Of a stretch of 64,000 nucleotides of DNA, positions 1 to 13,556 are shown piece after piece (within the stretch, counting starts at the first letter, position 1; every line of letters begins with the position of its first letter). The translations under genes and the position numbers were made by a program. Source of the DNA: Octopus vulgaris (taxonomy: Eukaryota); assembly GCA_951406725.2 (NCBI GenBank), contig OX597824.1:18414001-18478000 (forward strand), in the 5' to 3' direction. The notes under the pieces were generated by a model. The model searched no databases and had not been told where the DNA came from. It worked only from the letters and a program-made list of their open reading frames with translations.

Positions 1-61
<61 letters not shown>

Positions 62-65
<4 letters not shown>

Positions 66-238
66 TTTTATTTGTTTCAGTCTACAGTACTTATTCTATG
101 CGTTGTTTAAGTCCCCTAGTACTTAGTCTATCGTTCTCTTTTGCCGAACCGCTAAGTTACAGGGACGTAAACACTCCAGCATCAGTTGTCAAGTGATGCT
201 GGGGACACAAACACAGACACACAAACATATACATAGAT

Positions 239-310
<72 letters not shown>

Positions 311-478
311 CAGCAAAATTTAGGAACGGCCATAATAGGCCGTTCAACCCACTAGAAATAGCAGCCAAGGCTTCAACCGCAAAACAATATTAAATCCGTA
401 AACCAGGAGAAAATTTTAAAAATTGTTTTTTAAAATTTTAAAGTGTATTTGATAGACGGAAACTGAAAGTAGCCCATC

Positions 479-529
<51 letters not shown>

Positions 530-950
530 ATCAATATAGGGTGGCAAAAGAATTCAGCAGAAATTACTTGCCACCAGCGACCTAGTGGGAAAAAGTAAAT
601 AGTAAGAGACCATTAATAAATTCAACAGCAAAATTTAGGAACGGCCTTAATAGGCCGTTCAACCCACTAGAAATAGCAGCCAAGGCTTCAACCGCAAAAC
701 AATATTAATTCCGTAAACCAGGAGAAAATTTTAAAAATTGCTTTTTAAAATTTTCTCCTGGTTTACGGAATTAATATTGTTTTGCGGTTGAAGCCTTGGC
801 TGCTATTTCTAGTGGGTTGAACGGCCTATTATTGCCGTTCCTAAATTTTGCTGTTGAATTTATTAATGGTCTCTTACTATTTACTTTTTTCCCACTAGGC
901 CGCTGGTGGCAAATAATTTCTGCTGAATTCTTTTGCCACCCTATATTGAT

Positions 951-1001
<51 letters not shown>

Positions 1002-1158
1002 GATGGGCTTCTTTCAGTTTCCGTCTATCAAATACACTCACAAGGCTTTGGTAAGCCCGAAGCTAAAGTAGAATTCACTTGCACAAGGTGCCACGCAGTG
1101 GGACTGAACCCAGAACCATGTAGTTGATAAGCAAGCTACTTACCTCACAGCCACCCCT
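62..1158 (-). mobile_element. SINE family A (tRNA head + CORE-like domain), interrupted by a palindromic insertion
   Basis: Matches the many family-A copies in the window: A-box TGGCTGTGTGG, B-box GGTTCAGTCC, CORE-like CCTTGGGCAAGTG, internal (TA)/(CA) tract, tail GACTGAAACAAGTAAAAGAG. Confidence 0.85.
442..1038. repeat. 600-bp palindrome (inner arms 526-737 and 742-954)
   Basis: Arms are reverse-complementary with few mismatches; 4-nt loop TTGC. Confidence 0.95.
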
Positions 1159-1199
1159 GAAATACTCATTGATAGAAATTTATATTGGTTGGCCAACCA

Positions 1200-1430
1200 G
1201 GAACAACTTCGTAGAAGCATGAAGGCACGCTAGCAAAACGCTGCTCCTCTAAATAGAAACCTTACCTGTGGCACGAAGCAAAGCAGGCCTTGCCGTCCGC
1301 TCAAGGAAACACGTATTAAATGAGCAAGAAGCGCCCAAGGAGTCCTCAACTCATTGTCAAAGGTTTTGCAGGGCACCAGTAGGCCACAAGTGACACATTC
1401 GTGTCCATATAACGTGATTAACGCTTTATT
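1200..1430 (+). pseudogene. Possible RTE-type LINE 3' remnant with degenerate C2H2 finger
   Basis: HCQRFCRAPVGHK*HIRVH reading at about 1350-1408. Confidence 0.35.
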
Positions 1431-1472
1431 TTTGTGAAACCTCATTTGCCTTTCACAATAAGATAATCCATC

Positions 1473-1588
<116 letters not shown>

Positions 1589-1990
1589 GAATGGCTGTGT
1601 GGTAAGTAGCTTGCTTATGAACCACATGGTTCCGGGTTCAGTCCCACTGCGTGCCACCTTATGCAAGTGTCTCCTACTATAGCCTCGGTCCGACCAAAGC
1701 CTTGTGAGTGGATTTGGTAGACGGAAACTGAACGAAGCCAGTCGTATATATGTATATATGTGTGTGTGTATGTGTGTGTATGTGTGTATGTTTGTGTGTC
1801 TGTCTGTCCCTCCAACATCGCTTGACAACCGATGCCGGTGTGTTTACGTCCCTGTAACTTAGCGGTTCGGCAAAAGAGAGCGATAGAATAAATACCAAGC
1901 TTACAAAGAATACGTCCTGGGGTCGATTTGCTCGACTGAAGGCGGTGCTCCAGCATGGCCACAGTTAAATGACTGAAACAATTAAGAGAA
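1589..1990 (+). mobile_element. SINE family A
   Basis: Full head-to-tail match to other family-A copies. Confidence 0.88.
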
Positions 1991-2454
1991 TAAATTGGAG
2001 CATCGCTCTTTAATAAATGAAAAAAACAAACAAAGCAAAACAAAAGGTGTGAAGACGATTATTTCTAGTGGAGAATAAATATGTTCCTTTAAACTAAAAG
2101 GACAATTTCAACAAATAATTCTGTTTGAGATTTACGTTGACCTGCGATTAAACGAATGAGAATGGATTATTACGAACTGGAATGGGATTCATCATAAAGA
2201 ATTACAAAACCAGATTTGGCTTGAATAAAGTGGTAATGGAGATCGCTGTCGTCCGGATAAGTATTCTGCAATGATGTGTGCTCTTAGCGTAATTCTCAGG
2301 CCAAATCAGCGAGACACAACGTGTGAAAAATCTGTAACTTTTGAAAAATGTGTACAATGTACCCGTAATTCAATTTGTCCGAAAGACTTTTTTTGCAGTA
2401 TACGGCTTCCTGTTTCACTGACGAAACCAAGTTTTACTCAAAACTCTAAAAATG

Positions 2455-3053
2455 ATTTCCCTACTACTCACAAGGGGCTAAACATAGAGAGGACAAACAA
2501 GAACAGACAAAGGGATTAAGTCGATTATATCGACCCCAGCGCGTAACTGGTATTATTTAATCGACCCTGAAAAGATAAAAAGCAAAGTCGACCTCGGCGG
2601 AATTTGAACTCAGAACGTAGCGGCAGACGAAATACCTATTTATTTACTACCCACAAGGAGCTAAACACAGAGAGGACAAACAAGGACAGACAAACGGATT
2701 AAGTCGTTTATATCGACCCCAGTGCGTAACTGGTACTTATTTAACCGACCCCGAAAGGATGAAAGGCAAAGTCGACCTGGGTGGAACTTGAACTCAGAAC
2801 GTAGCGGTAGACGAAACACCTATGTCTTTACTACCCACAGAGAGGACAAACAAGGACAGACAAACAAGGACAGACAAACGGATTAAGTCGATTATATCAA
2901 TCCCAGTGCGTAACTGGTACTTATTTAACCGACCCCGAAAGATGAAAAGCAAAGTCGACCCTCGGCGGAATTTGAACTCAGAGCGTAGCGGCAGACGAAA
3001 TACCGCTAAGTAATTCGCCCGGCGTACTAACGTTTCTGCCAGCTCGCCACCTT
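2455..3053 (-). mobile_element. SINE family B, head plus three tandem body units
   Basis: tRNA-like head AAGG(C/T)GGCGAGCTGGCAGAAACGTTAG, B-box GAGTTCAAATTCC, central GCCTTTCATCCTTTCGGGGTCG. Imperfect TSD TCAAAACTCTAAAAAT / TCAAAGCTCTTAAAAAT. Confidence 0.87.
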
Positions 3054-3643
3054 TCAAAGCTCTTAAAAATACGACAGTCGCTCCAAATGTCACGCAGCAG
3101 AATCGAACCCGAGAACCCTTTGAATTGTTAAGTGAACTTCTTCACTATTCTACTGAACTCAGTATATAAAGAACAAAAGTCCACAGCCTACAAATTATCA
3201 AATATGTCTTTCAGCGTCTACACATCATCAAAAACTGCAATTAACGGTTTTAGAACATTCTTCTGCCAACCGAAATAGAAACGATAAAAGTATTAACAAC
3301 GCCGCCATTACACTCTCCATCCTCATAGTCCTCCCCTTCGTCCTCCTCATTAACATTAGTCAACAATAATAACAACAAAAGTATATTTTCTGGGGTTTTT
3401 TTTTTTCCTTTTGGAAAGTGTTTAAAATCACGACAGCGCGAGCGAAAACGCAACGAATAAATAAACAAAAAAAAATAAATAAACATTTTTCTTTCCTCGG
3501 AAGTTCTCCCACTGGTGGCAAATCCTTTGATTCATTTCTCTGCCATTTTTACCTCCAAGGATGTACAGGATGAACTGCTGTACTCATATTACGACAGCCC
3601 AGTGCATGGATGCAGGAGATAGACTCATTGACGCTCACACACT

Positions 3644-3705
<62 letters not shown>

Positions 3706-3841
3706 GCACACGCACACTCACACACAAGCAATAAGCATGACAGCCTCGGGCCCCCATCGATCTGAAAATGACTCCGATACTAATTCGTGCAACAACGGTA
3801 GCAACAGCCAGAACGACTACGGCTAATAATTAATGCTGCTG

Positions 3842-3887
<46 letters not shown>

Positions 3888-4029
3888 CACCACCTCCACT
3901 ACGACTACTACTATTACAACTACTAGTACTACTACTACTACTACTACTACTATAACTACTATAACTACTACTACTACTACTACTACCACTACAACTACTA
4001 CTACTACTACTTTTACCAACGATAACATT

Positions 4030-5537
4030 AATCGTTCCTTTTTTAGGGACAAGGCCTGAAATTGTTGAGGAAAAGCTTTACTCGATTGTGCGAACCCATT
4101 ACTTGACTGGTACTTACTTCATGAACCCTGATAAAAGGATGATCGACAAAATGAACCCCGGTGGAATTTGAACCCTGAACGTAAAGACCCGGAAGAAATG
4201 CTGCTAAGCATTTTGTCCAGGATAGTAAAGATTCTGCCTGCTCGCCGCCTTAATATAATGATGGTTTCAAATTTTGCCACAAGGGCAGCAATTTTGGTGG
4301 AGGAGATGAGTCGATTACACCGACCCAAGTGTTCAACTGGTACTTATTTTATCGATCCCGAAAGGATGAAGGACAAAGTTGACCTCGGCGGAATTTGAAC
4401 TCAGAACATAACGACATTTCGTCCGGCGAGCTAACGATTCTGCCAGCTCGCAACCTTAATAATAATAATCATTATTATTATTATTTCTACTCTAGGGACA
4501 ACATTCTTGAAATATTTTTGGGAAAGGGGCTAGTAGACTATATCGACAACTCTGTGCGCAACTGGTACTTATTTCATCGACCCCGAAAGGATGAAAGGCA
4601 AAATCAACCTCGGCGGGATTTGAACTCAGAACTTGAAGACAGACGAAATACAGTTAAGCATTTTGCCCGGCGTGCTAACGAGTCTACCAGCTCACCACCT
4701 TAACAACAACAGCAACAACAATAATAATAATCTTTTCTATTATAGGCACAAGGCCAGAAATTTTAGGGAAGGTGCTAGTCAAGTACATCGACCCCAGTGA
4801 TTCAGAGATACTTAATTTATCGACTCGGAATGGACGAAAAGCAAACGCAAAACTGGACGGAAGGTCACTACAGATATTCCCCAGCGCGGTAACAATTCGG
4901 CCATTTCACCGCCTTAAAAACTATTATAACAAGGGCACTCAGAGAGCGCAAACCTCCGCCAAGGCAACACTAACGTCCTCTCAACGATTAGCGAAACATG
5001 ATTTTTAAAATGAAAATATCTTAAATAAACTCGACTGCTCTCACAAACGAGAATACTAAAAGTGAACCTGACTGCTCTCAAAAATTGAGTAAAAAAACAA
5101 AAAGAAAAAGCAAAAACAAAAGCAGGAATCTTTGTCCTGTACTGGATCGATCCCAAACTCTAATCAGTTCGTGCCAGTCATGAGGCCAAACATCCCTGAA
5201 AATTTCATCTGAATCCATCCAGCGGTTCTTGAGATATCTTGTCCACGGACAAACAAAGAAACAAACTAACAAACGTAAGTGAAAACAATGCCTCCGCCTT
5301 CGCTAAGGCGGAGATAATAATGGTTTTAAACTTTGGAAGAATGCCAGAAATTCCGAGACAGGTGTAAGTCGATTCCATCGACCGCAGTACTCCATTGGTA
5401 GTTATTTTATCGATCGAGAAATGAAGGAGCATGAAGTCGACCTCGGCGAAATTTGAACTCAGAAGGTAAAGACAAACGATAATACCCACAAAAATTTTGC
5501 TCGGCGTGCTAACGGTTTCTGCCAGCTCGCCGCCTTA
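4030..5537 (-). mobile_element. Cluster of about five diverged SINE family B copies separated by (AAT)n
   Basis: Repeated ACTGGTACTTATTT..CGACCCCGAAAGGATGAAAGGCAAAGTCGACCTCGGCGGAATTTGAAC blocks. Confidence 0.8.
4929..5315 (+). mobile_element. Helentron/HINE-like non-autonomous element
   Basis: Subterminal CCTCCGCC at both ends, 3' hairpin CTCCGCCTT-cgct-AAGGCGGAG, (ACAA)n tract, AAATTTCATC.GAATCC body. Confidence 0.62.
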
Positions 5538-5915
5538 ACAACAGTAAGAATACATTATTATAAGAAGGCATAGTTGTCTTATTTTTATGTTCGTACCATC
5601 TCTAGTACTTGAACGGTATGTATATTATCGACAACATCTAAACAAATTATCAAAGAAAATGAAAGAAAATTCCCCTTATTTGATTTCAAGTGAGAATTAA
5701 AAGGGAATTAAGCACCGCATCTTATTTCCTTTGACATTTTATATCGATTTTGATCATCCAAGATATGGTGATAACAGTACGCCATGAGCCTACAGCCTTG
5801 TTAAATCGTGAGATAGAATGCCTCGACGTATTCCGGCTCTCTACGCCCTGAGTTTAAATCGCACTACGAGTGTTCGTTCTTATGTATACATAGATGTGTG
5901 CATATGTGTGTGTGT

Positions 5916-5947
<32 letters not shown>

Positions 5948-5974
5948 AGTATATATATACTCTTTTACTCTTTT

Positions 5975-6227
5975 ATTAAATGCACCCTTTTAAAGCCTAG
6001 CCAGGCTCATGGGCCCGGTTTCCCGGTTTCCATGACGTATGTGTTCCCCAGCGGGATGAGACACCAGTCCATCGCAGCGTTACTCATTTTTGCCAGCTGA
6101 GTGTACTGGAGCAACGTGAAATGAAGTTTTTTGCTCAAGAACACAACGCGTCGCCCGATCCAGGAATCGAAACCACAATCTTACGATCATGATGCTGACA
6201 CCCTAACCACCAGGTCACGCGCCCACA
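5975..6227 (-). mobile_element. tRNA/CORE-type SINE, family D
   Basis: tRNA head, TTCTTGAGCAA..CACGTTGCTCCAGT core, GCGATGGACTGG segment. Tail GAAACCGGGAAACCGGGCCCATGAGCC is also present at about 62380-62420. Confidence 0.72.
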
Positions 6228-6387
6228 CCCTGCTAAATATAAGGGATTATAAATTAATACTGCGCACCAGTTCCATAGTACGAAACACTAAGATTTTGTT
6301 TCTATGTACACGTCTTTATACAGGTAAATATTGGTCACTGTTTACAAGTTGTAAAAGACGTCACACAGTATACGGAATGTGGGAACT

Positions 6388-6825
6388 TACTCTTTTATTT
6401 CTTTCACTCATTTGACGTTGACCATGCTGGAGCGCCGCCTATAGTCGAGCAAAGGACTTATTCTTTGTGAGCCTAGTACTTATTCTATCGGTCTCTTTTG
6501 CCGAACCGCTAAGTTACGGGAACGTAAACACACCAGTATCAGTTGTCAAGTGATCTTTGGGGGACAAAAACAGACACACAAACGCAGACACACAAACACA
6601 CACATACACATACACACACATGCACATACACACACACACACATATATATATACATATATACGACGGGCTTCTTTCAGTTTCCGTCTACCAAATCCACTCA
6701 CAAGGCTTTGGTCGGCCCGAGGCTATAGTAGAAGACACTTGCTTAATGTGCCACGCAGTGGGACTGAACCCGGAACCATGTGGTTGGGAAGCAAGCTACT
6801 TACCACACAGCCACTCCTACGCCTA
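6388..6825 (-). mobile_element. SINE family A
   Basis: Match to family-A copies. Confidence 0.88.
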
Positions 6826-7066
6826 TAATTTGTGTATTTTGCTTTGATAATTCAACTCAGAGTTGAAACAATGGTAACATATACGAATGGAACTGCCAGT
6901 GACCATTGCGTAGGTGCATGACTTAACAGTTTCCACACTTCATCTATGATATGATTCTGCTTATCACGATATATGTTTGAGGATAATATCTGAAATAACC
7001 TTAAGTACGGATCGCAACCGAAGATATAACCGGTATCTTTAACATGATAAAACAGAATTACAAAAT

Positions 7067-7483
7067 TACTCTTTACTCTGTACTCTTTTACTTGTTTCAG
7101 TCATTTGACTGCGGCCATGCTGGAGCACCGCCTTTAGTCGAGCAAATCGACCTCGGGGACTTATTCTTTGTAAAACCCAGTACTTATCCTATCGGTCTCT
7201 TTTGTCGAACTGCTAAGTGACGGGGACGTAAACACACCAGCATCGGTTGTCAAGCAATGCTAGGGGGACAAACACAGACACACAAACACACACACATACA
7301 CATATATATATATATACATATATACGACAGGCTTCTTTCAGTTTCCGTCTAGCAAATCCACTCACAAGGATTTGGTCGGCCTGGTGCTATAGCAGAAGAC
7401 ACTTGCCCAAGATGCCACGCAGTGGGACTGAACCCAGAACCATGTGGCTGGTTAGCAAGCTACGTACCACACAGCCACTCCTG
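7067..7483 (-). mobile_element. SINE family A
   Basis: Match to family-A copies; tail of (AAGAGTAA)-like repeats. Confidence 0.9.
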
Positions 7484-7997
7484 TGTATATTTATGCAACA
7501 AATTAGAAATAAGATCGCTTGCAAAATATCAAATTGCCATGGATACCATTACAAGCGTATCACACAGCCACAAAAGAGGCACGAGTATATATATACGTTG
7601 TACAGGTGTGAATAAATGGTTTTCATGTCTTTTCTGCGATCTACACCATTAGCAGTCTATGGTCACAAACCAAGTCACATGTCAAATAAATACAACACAC
7701 ACGCACACACAAACATACGCGCGAACGCACATGCATACGCACCTGCGCTCGCATATATATACATATATATATATATGTGCGTGTGTGCGTGTATAAATAT
7801 ATACATGATTATGTGTATACGTAATCTCTCTCTCTAAATATATATGTATGTGTATATAGATACATGCATATATACATACGAATATACAAATAGGATATAC
7901 ACTTATACACATTTATACACATATACCGCAAAATAATTCGCGTATGACAGGGAAAGACACCTGAATATTAAGTCGAGTTGATATGCATACGTATATT

Positions 7998-8060
<63 letters not shown>

Positions 8061-8963
8061 GTGTGTGCGCGTGTGTGTATATATATATATAGAGAGAGAG
8101 AGAAACACTGAGAGAGAGAGATGAAAGAGGGGGAATGGAGGGAGGAGAGGGCGAAAGCCATTTGCATGTGCATGCGTGTGTGTGTGTGTGTGTGCGTGTA
8201 TCAGGGGGCAATTGTCTGCGTATATACGAAAGGGAGAGTTTGCATTTGTAGAAGTTTGTTTATGAGCATTAAGCTATATGGCTATATGGACATAAATTTA
8301 CCATGGCTTTATAGACGTAAATATATATGAGGGCTATATATATATATATATATATATATACGCACATACAGAAGCACATTAAACGGTGGAAATATATCAA
8401 ACCACACCATTATCTAAAACACAGTTCAAAGATAGTTTTAATGGTTTAAAGATTTTTAAAATAGGTCATTTATAGAATAGGGGGGAAAAAAAGATCAAGT
8501 AGAACTTGTAAAATGGAGAAGACGCTACAAGGCATTTGACTTTGGTATCGAAGTCCATGTCACGTCTATACACTGTGGGTGAATAACGTATAACTCAAAT
8601 GGGGAGAGCTTCCATCTTTTGCAGCATTTATTTAAGTCTTTCCGGTCGCTGAAATTCTTTGTTATCTGAAAATCACGATTGTTCAACATCCACTTCCGGG
8701 ATCATGAATTAAATTTACCAACTTTAAACGATGATCGTGTCGCATGAGTGACTGTATGTATGTACGTCCTATGCCTGCGTGTATGTATGTATGTATGTAT
8801 GTATGTATGTATGTATGTATGTATGTATGTATGTATGTATGTATGTATGTATGTATCTATGTTTGTACTTATGTATGTATAAATGTATGCATGTATGCGC
8901 GTGTGTACATACAGATAGCCTGTGTGTGTATATATATATATGTATGTATGTATTGTACATATG

Positions 8964-9026
<63 letters not shown>

Positions 9027-9300
9027 GGACGTGTGTGTGCGTGAGTGTGTGTATGTGTGTATGTATGTATATACCTATGCAGATATATACACGCATATAT
9101 ATATATATATATATGTATGAGCATTGTTGAGCATGCGATACATTTATGTATGTATATAGATACATGTGTGTTCGTGCGAGTGTGTATCCGTGTACGTGTG
9201 TATGTGCGTTTGTTTCTGCGTGTGTGTGTGTGTGTGTGAGTGTGTTATGCTGATCCCTTTAAGGACAATCTGAGACACACACAATAATAACATTAATAAC

Positions 9301-9372
<72 letters not shown>

Positions 9373-9879
9373 GACGCCGACGACGACAAAAACACGAGAG
9401 CAGCTATAACAAAATCGTGTTGGCTAGATTAAAAACTAATTAATCAGATATTTTATTCTTTTTTTTAAAATTTTACTTATATCAATTAATAAATTTTAAA
9501 ATTGAATATAAATATTTGTTTTTCAAACAATAGAATTTCTTTGCAATCCTTTTGTACTTCGCGGAGCTATATCTACATATCCATTTCTTTTATAACACGA
9601 AGAATATACAAAATCTGTAAAAAAAAAAAAACAAGTAGTTTTAGATTCGAAAATTAATCTAAAGCATGCAAGCATTGAAAGACGTTACTTTTGGCAATTT
9701 CAGAGAATTACGTACATATCTCACACATAATAATTTAATATTTAGATGTTGTAGATTAATATTAACGTTATATCAGTTTCAATATGATGTCATTTTAATA
9801 CAGTTCTATATTTAAGAGATGAGGAATTATGTACATTATTTACACTTGGCGGATATTTGTCCTCATGTTCTTTGTTGTT

Positions 9880-9925
9880 AACACAACGTTTCGGCTGATA
9901 TACCCTCCAGCCTTCGTCAGGTGTC
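9880..9925 (-). ncRNA. Minimal type I hammerhead ribozyme (Penelope-type)
   Basis: Sense: GACAC CUGACGA A GGCUG-gaggguauau-CAGCC GAAAC GUU GUGUU. Complete core, 5-bp stems I and II, palindromic AACGUU replacing stem III. Confidence 0.85.
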
Positions 9926-9983
9926 TTGGGGAAATTTCGAACCAGGGTTCTCATTCCTAAGCTACTTTTCGATATTATTATTA

Positions 9984-10052
<69 letters not shown>

Positions 10053-10145
10053 TTCAACATTAAAGTTTAATTTGTCAAAATATTTTCGTCGCTTTAAGAC
10101 CGCGACCTGTTCACTGACAAAAAACCTGCAGATGCAGCACGGATT

Positions 10146-10196
10146 TTTGTCAGTGAACAGGTCGCGGTCTCATAGCGACGAAAATATTTTGACAAA
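10146..10196 (+). ncRNA. Minimal hammerhead variant with G3-C8 core (inverted copy at 10071-10121, minus)
   Basis: UUUGUCA GUGAACA G GUCGC-9nt-GCGAC GAAA AUA UUU UGACAAA. 7-bp stem I, 5-bp stem II, palindromic AAUAUU. Confidence 0.68.
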
Positions 10197-10338
10197 TTAA
10201 ACTTAAATGTTGAAGTGAATCGAACGGCTTTTGTGTGTTTCTTAAATGGCTTACAAACACCTTCCACGCTGCAATTGTTTTCGTTTCAGCACACGATCTC
10301 AGATCAAATCACTTGCTATGCAAGTACATCCCATATTA

Positions 10339-10414
<76 letters not shown>

Positions 10415-10427
10415 CATTATTATTATT

Positions 10428-10967
10428 GAGTTTGAAAGAAGTGCATGCCATCAAAGTGACACTGGAGTACAAATATACGAAGCCCAGTATACCCATCATG
10501 ACTACCTGTCTGATAAGGGTACACCAGGCACATGCATCACAACCATATGTGCGCGACATGGTGATCTCATATCAAGATAAACAGCACATGACCTTGCAAG
10601 TGGGACCTAGTTAGATTTTTTTCTGGTCCAGTAACCCATCCTGCTCAAAAGTGTTGTTTAAGGATGTTGAACGAAACACCCATATTTCCAGAGGTGAATT
10701 ATTCAAACCCCAAAGAATCCCTCTCAACACATGGCTATGATGCTCCTCCACTACTTCTGCTCGTGATCAGAGATGCACATATCATCAGCCACTAAGGGAC
10801 ATGGTCAACTGGTTAAGGTCAAACAACTGACAAGCAAATCTGTGGTATTGAGCAGAATATTTACTGTAGCCCGTCTTTTATACCAAGACAAAACAATGTA
10901 CATAATAACACTTCCAATCAGTTAAGATCAGAAGCCACGAGAGCCACTGCCTGGTACTGCATCAGGT
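10428..10967. mobile_element. Unclassified 540-bp insertion within (ATT)n
   Basis: Higher-GC block bounded by (ATT)n on both sides and absent from the uninterrupted copy at 62803-63139. Confidence 0.55.
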
Positions 10968-11261
10968 CATCAGTATTATTATTATCATTATTATTATTTA
11001 TTTTTTCCAGGTCACTGCCTGGAATCGAACTCGGAATTTTGGGGTTAGTAGCCCGCGCTCTCAACCACTACGTCATATGCCCGTATAGTATATGTATACA
11101 TTACTTTCAATATATCTGTTTTATGATATGTAGATGTTCTTGTTCAGAAGGACACTCAACAATGGTTAGTCACGTATTCGACCTTTTGACTATTACATGC
11201 GGCCAACTATTTCGGTGACTTACACCAGAGTGTGTACTTGAACAAGGAAGGGCTTATCAAT

Positions 11262-11497
11262 CTGTATTTTTGAGATGAGGAATTATGTACACTATTTACA
11301 ATAGATGGATAGGTGTCCTCAACTTACTTGTTGTTACCACAACGTTTCGGCCGATGTACTGTCCAGCCTTCATCAAGTGTTCTGGTAGAATTTCGAACCC
11401 AAACCTTTATTTGACTAATGGGGTACACTGTTCTCATTTCTAAGGTATGTTTCTGATGTCAATTTTCTGTTGATATTATTTTTCAAGTCCCTGCCAT
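11262..11497 (-). mobile_element. Older, diverged copy of the hammerhead-tail element
   Basis: GAGATGAGGAATTATGTAC...AACGTTTCGG..CCAGCCTTCATCAAG matches the tail at about 9815-9960. Confidence 0.75.
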
Positions 11498-12306
11498 GTT
11501 CTCCATCTGTGCAGATACTTGATTATGCAACTGTTTCCTTGTATTATGAGATCTGATTGTTTCCTCAAGCGATATGTAAATATTGTCTCCATAAGTTTAA
11601 AGTCTTTGGCTTTAAGAACATTCTATCTGTCTGTCGTGGCCTGAATTTTGTAGAAGTTTCTAGGAAGTCTAGCGTTCCATTAAAACAGCTTCGTAACCCA
11701 GCTTTTCGCTTCTTAGACGATTGGACTTAGAGCCATCCACGTAGTTGCTATGTCCGTCTATTTCTCTACGCTCAGTAGCAGATATGACTGAAAGCCACCA
11801 CTTCGGTTCTTTTGATCTGCTGTTCGCGTCAAGTTGACAACTTCACCACATATATATTGCTTAAAGTAATTTTTCCGTTTCTTACGGTCGGAGAATGATG
11901 AAACTTGGAACTTTCCCATCTGCACGGCAGCTTTTACATCGCACATTCTTCTCCACATTTCTTCAGCTCCGTTCCTCAGAAATAGCAAGATGTTAGAATT
12001 TCAGGATCGGATTTTGGCAGTTTGTATCTTTTTTTCTCTCACCTTTGACATGCGTCTTGAGTCAACGTTTCTCTATAGTTCTGTATCTTACATTTAAACT
12101 CGGCGCCCTGTCACGATTGCGATTCGCAGTCACCAGCTTTTCGGATCACCATTTGCCAATCTTCACACATCATCCTATCTATTTCCCGACAATTTTGAAC
12201 TTGACGAACTCTCGACCATCGACATTTTGAATAAACAGCATTTCCTCCATCACGATCCCAGCACACTTCTTTTTCAACCTGAAACAATATTTCAACCCGG
12301 TTGACA

Positions 12307-12665
12307 TACTCTTTTACTCTTTTACTTGTTTCAGTCATTCGACTGCGGCCATGCTGGAGCACCACCTTTTAGTACTTATTCTATCGGTCTCTTTTTGCCG
12401 AACCGCTAAGTGACGGGGACGTAAACACACCAGCATCGGTTGTCAAGCAATGCTAGGGGGACAAACACACACACACATATACATATATATACATATATAC
12501 GACAGGCTTCTTTCAGTTTCCGTCTACCAAATCCACTCACAAGGCATTGGTCGGCCCGGGGCTATAGCAGAAGACACTTGCCCAAGATGCCACGCAAGTG
12601 GGACTGAACCCGCAACCGTGTGGTTGGTTAGCAAGCTACTTACCACACAGCCACTCCTGCGCCTA
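12307..12665 (-). mobile_element. SINE family A (small internal deletion)
   Basis: Match to family-A copies. Confidence 0.88.
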
Positions 12666-13004
12666 TAAACATGTAGAAATTTGCTGATATTCGAACATTC
12701 TTTTTCGTCGCAAGTACAGCAACTAGCTCATTTCAACATCCTGCTTTATGCAGTGTATGGCTCACTCCGTTTTTCTACTGCAACTCCAGCTCCTCATGAC
12801 AGTCTTTGCACCAGCTCGACCTTTGCTGCTGCAAGTTCATTGCTAACTTCCAGTGTTACAGCTTTTGTCGTATTGTCTTTTTTCTTCTTATATGAAATTG
12901 CGAGACTTAATTCCTCGACGTACTAAACTTTTTTCAGAAGAATTTTCCTGCATGTATTTTGACAATGCTTTGCACCACTGTTTTCGCTTACAGCATGCGC
13001 GGAG

Positions 13005-13221
13005 TCTTTTACTCTTTTACTCTTTTACTTGTTTCAGTCATTTGACTACGGCCATGCTGGAGCACCGCCTTTAGTCGAGCAAATCGACCCCGGGACTTAT
13101 TCTTTTGTAAGCCCAGTACTTATTCTATCGGTCTCTTTTGCCGAACCGCTAAGTGACGGGGACGTAAACACATCAGCATCGGTTGTCAAGCAATGCTAGG
13201 GAGGACAAACACGGACACACA

Positions 13222-13282
<61 letters not shown>

Positions 13283-13295
13283 CATATATATATAT

Positions 13296-13379
<84 letters not shown>

Positions 13380-13556
13380 ATATATACATATATACGACAG
13401 GCTTCTTTCAATTTCCGTCTACCAAATCCACTCACAAGGCTTTGGTCGGCCCGGGGCTATAGCAGAAGACACTTGCCCAAGATGCCACGCGGTGGGACTG
13501 AACCCGGAACCATGTGGCTGGTTAACAAGCTACTTACCACACAGCCACACCTGCGT
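13005..13556 (-). mobile_element. SINE family A with expanded (TA)n
   Basis: Match to family-A copies. Confidence 0.9.

Larger units (their letters stand above)
9799..11084 (-). mobile_element. tRNA-head + (AAT)n + hammerhead-tail element, with nested insertions in the (AAT)n spacer
   Basis: Head at 11007-11084 and tail at 9799-9973 match the uninterrupted copy at 62803-63139. Confidence 0.82.

Noticed and set aside
6543-6847. Recurring peptide-like ORFs ([17 protein letters not shown]...)
   Set aside because: Antisense translation of SINE family A, repeated at every copy.
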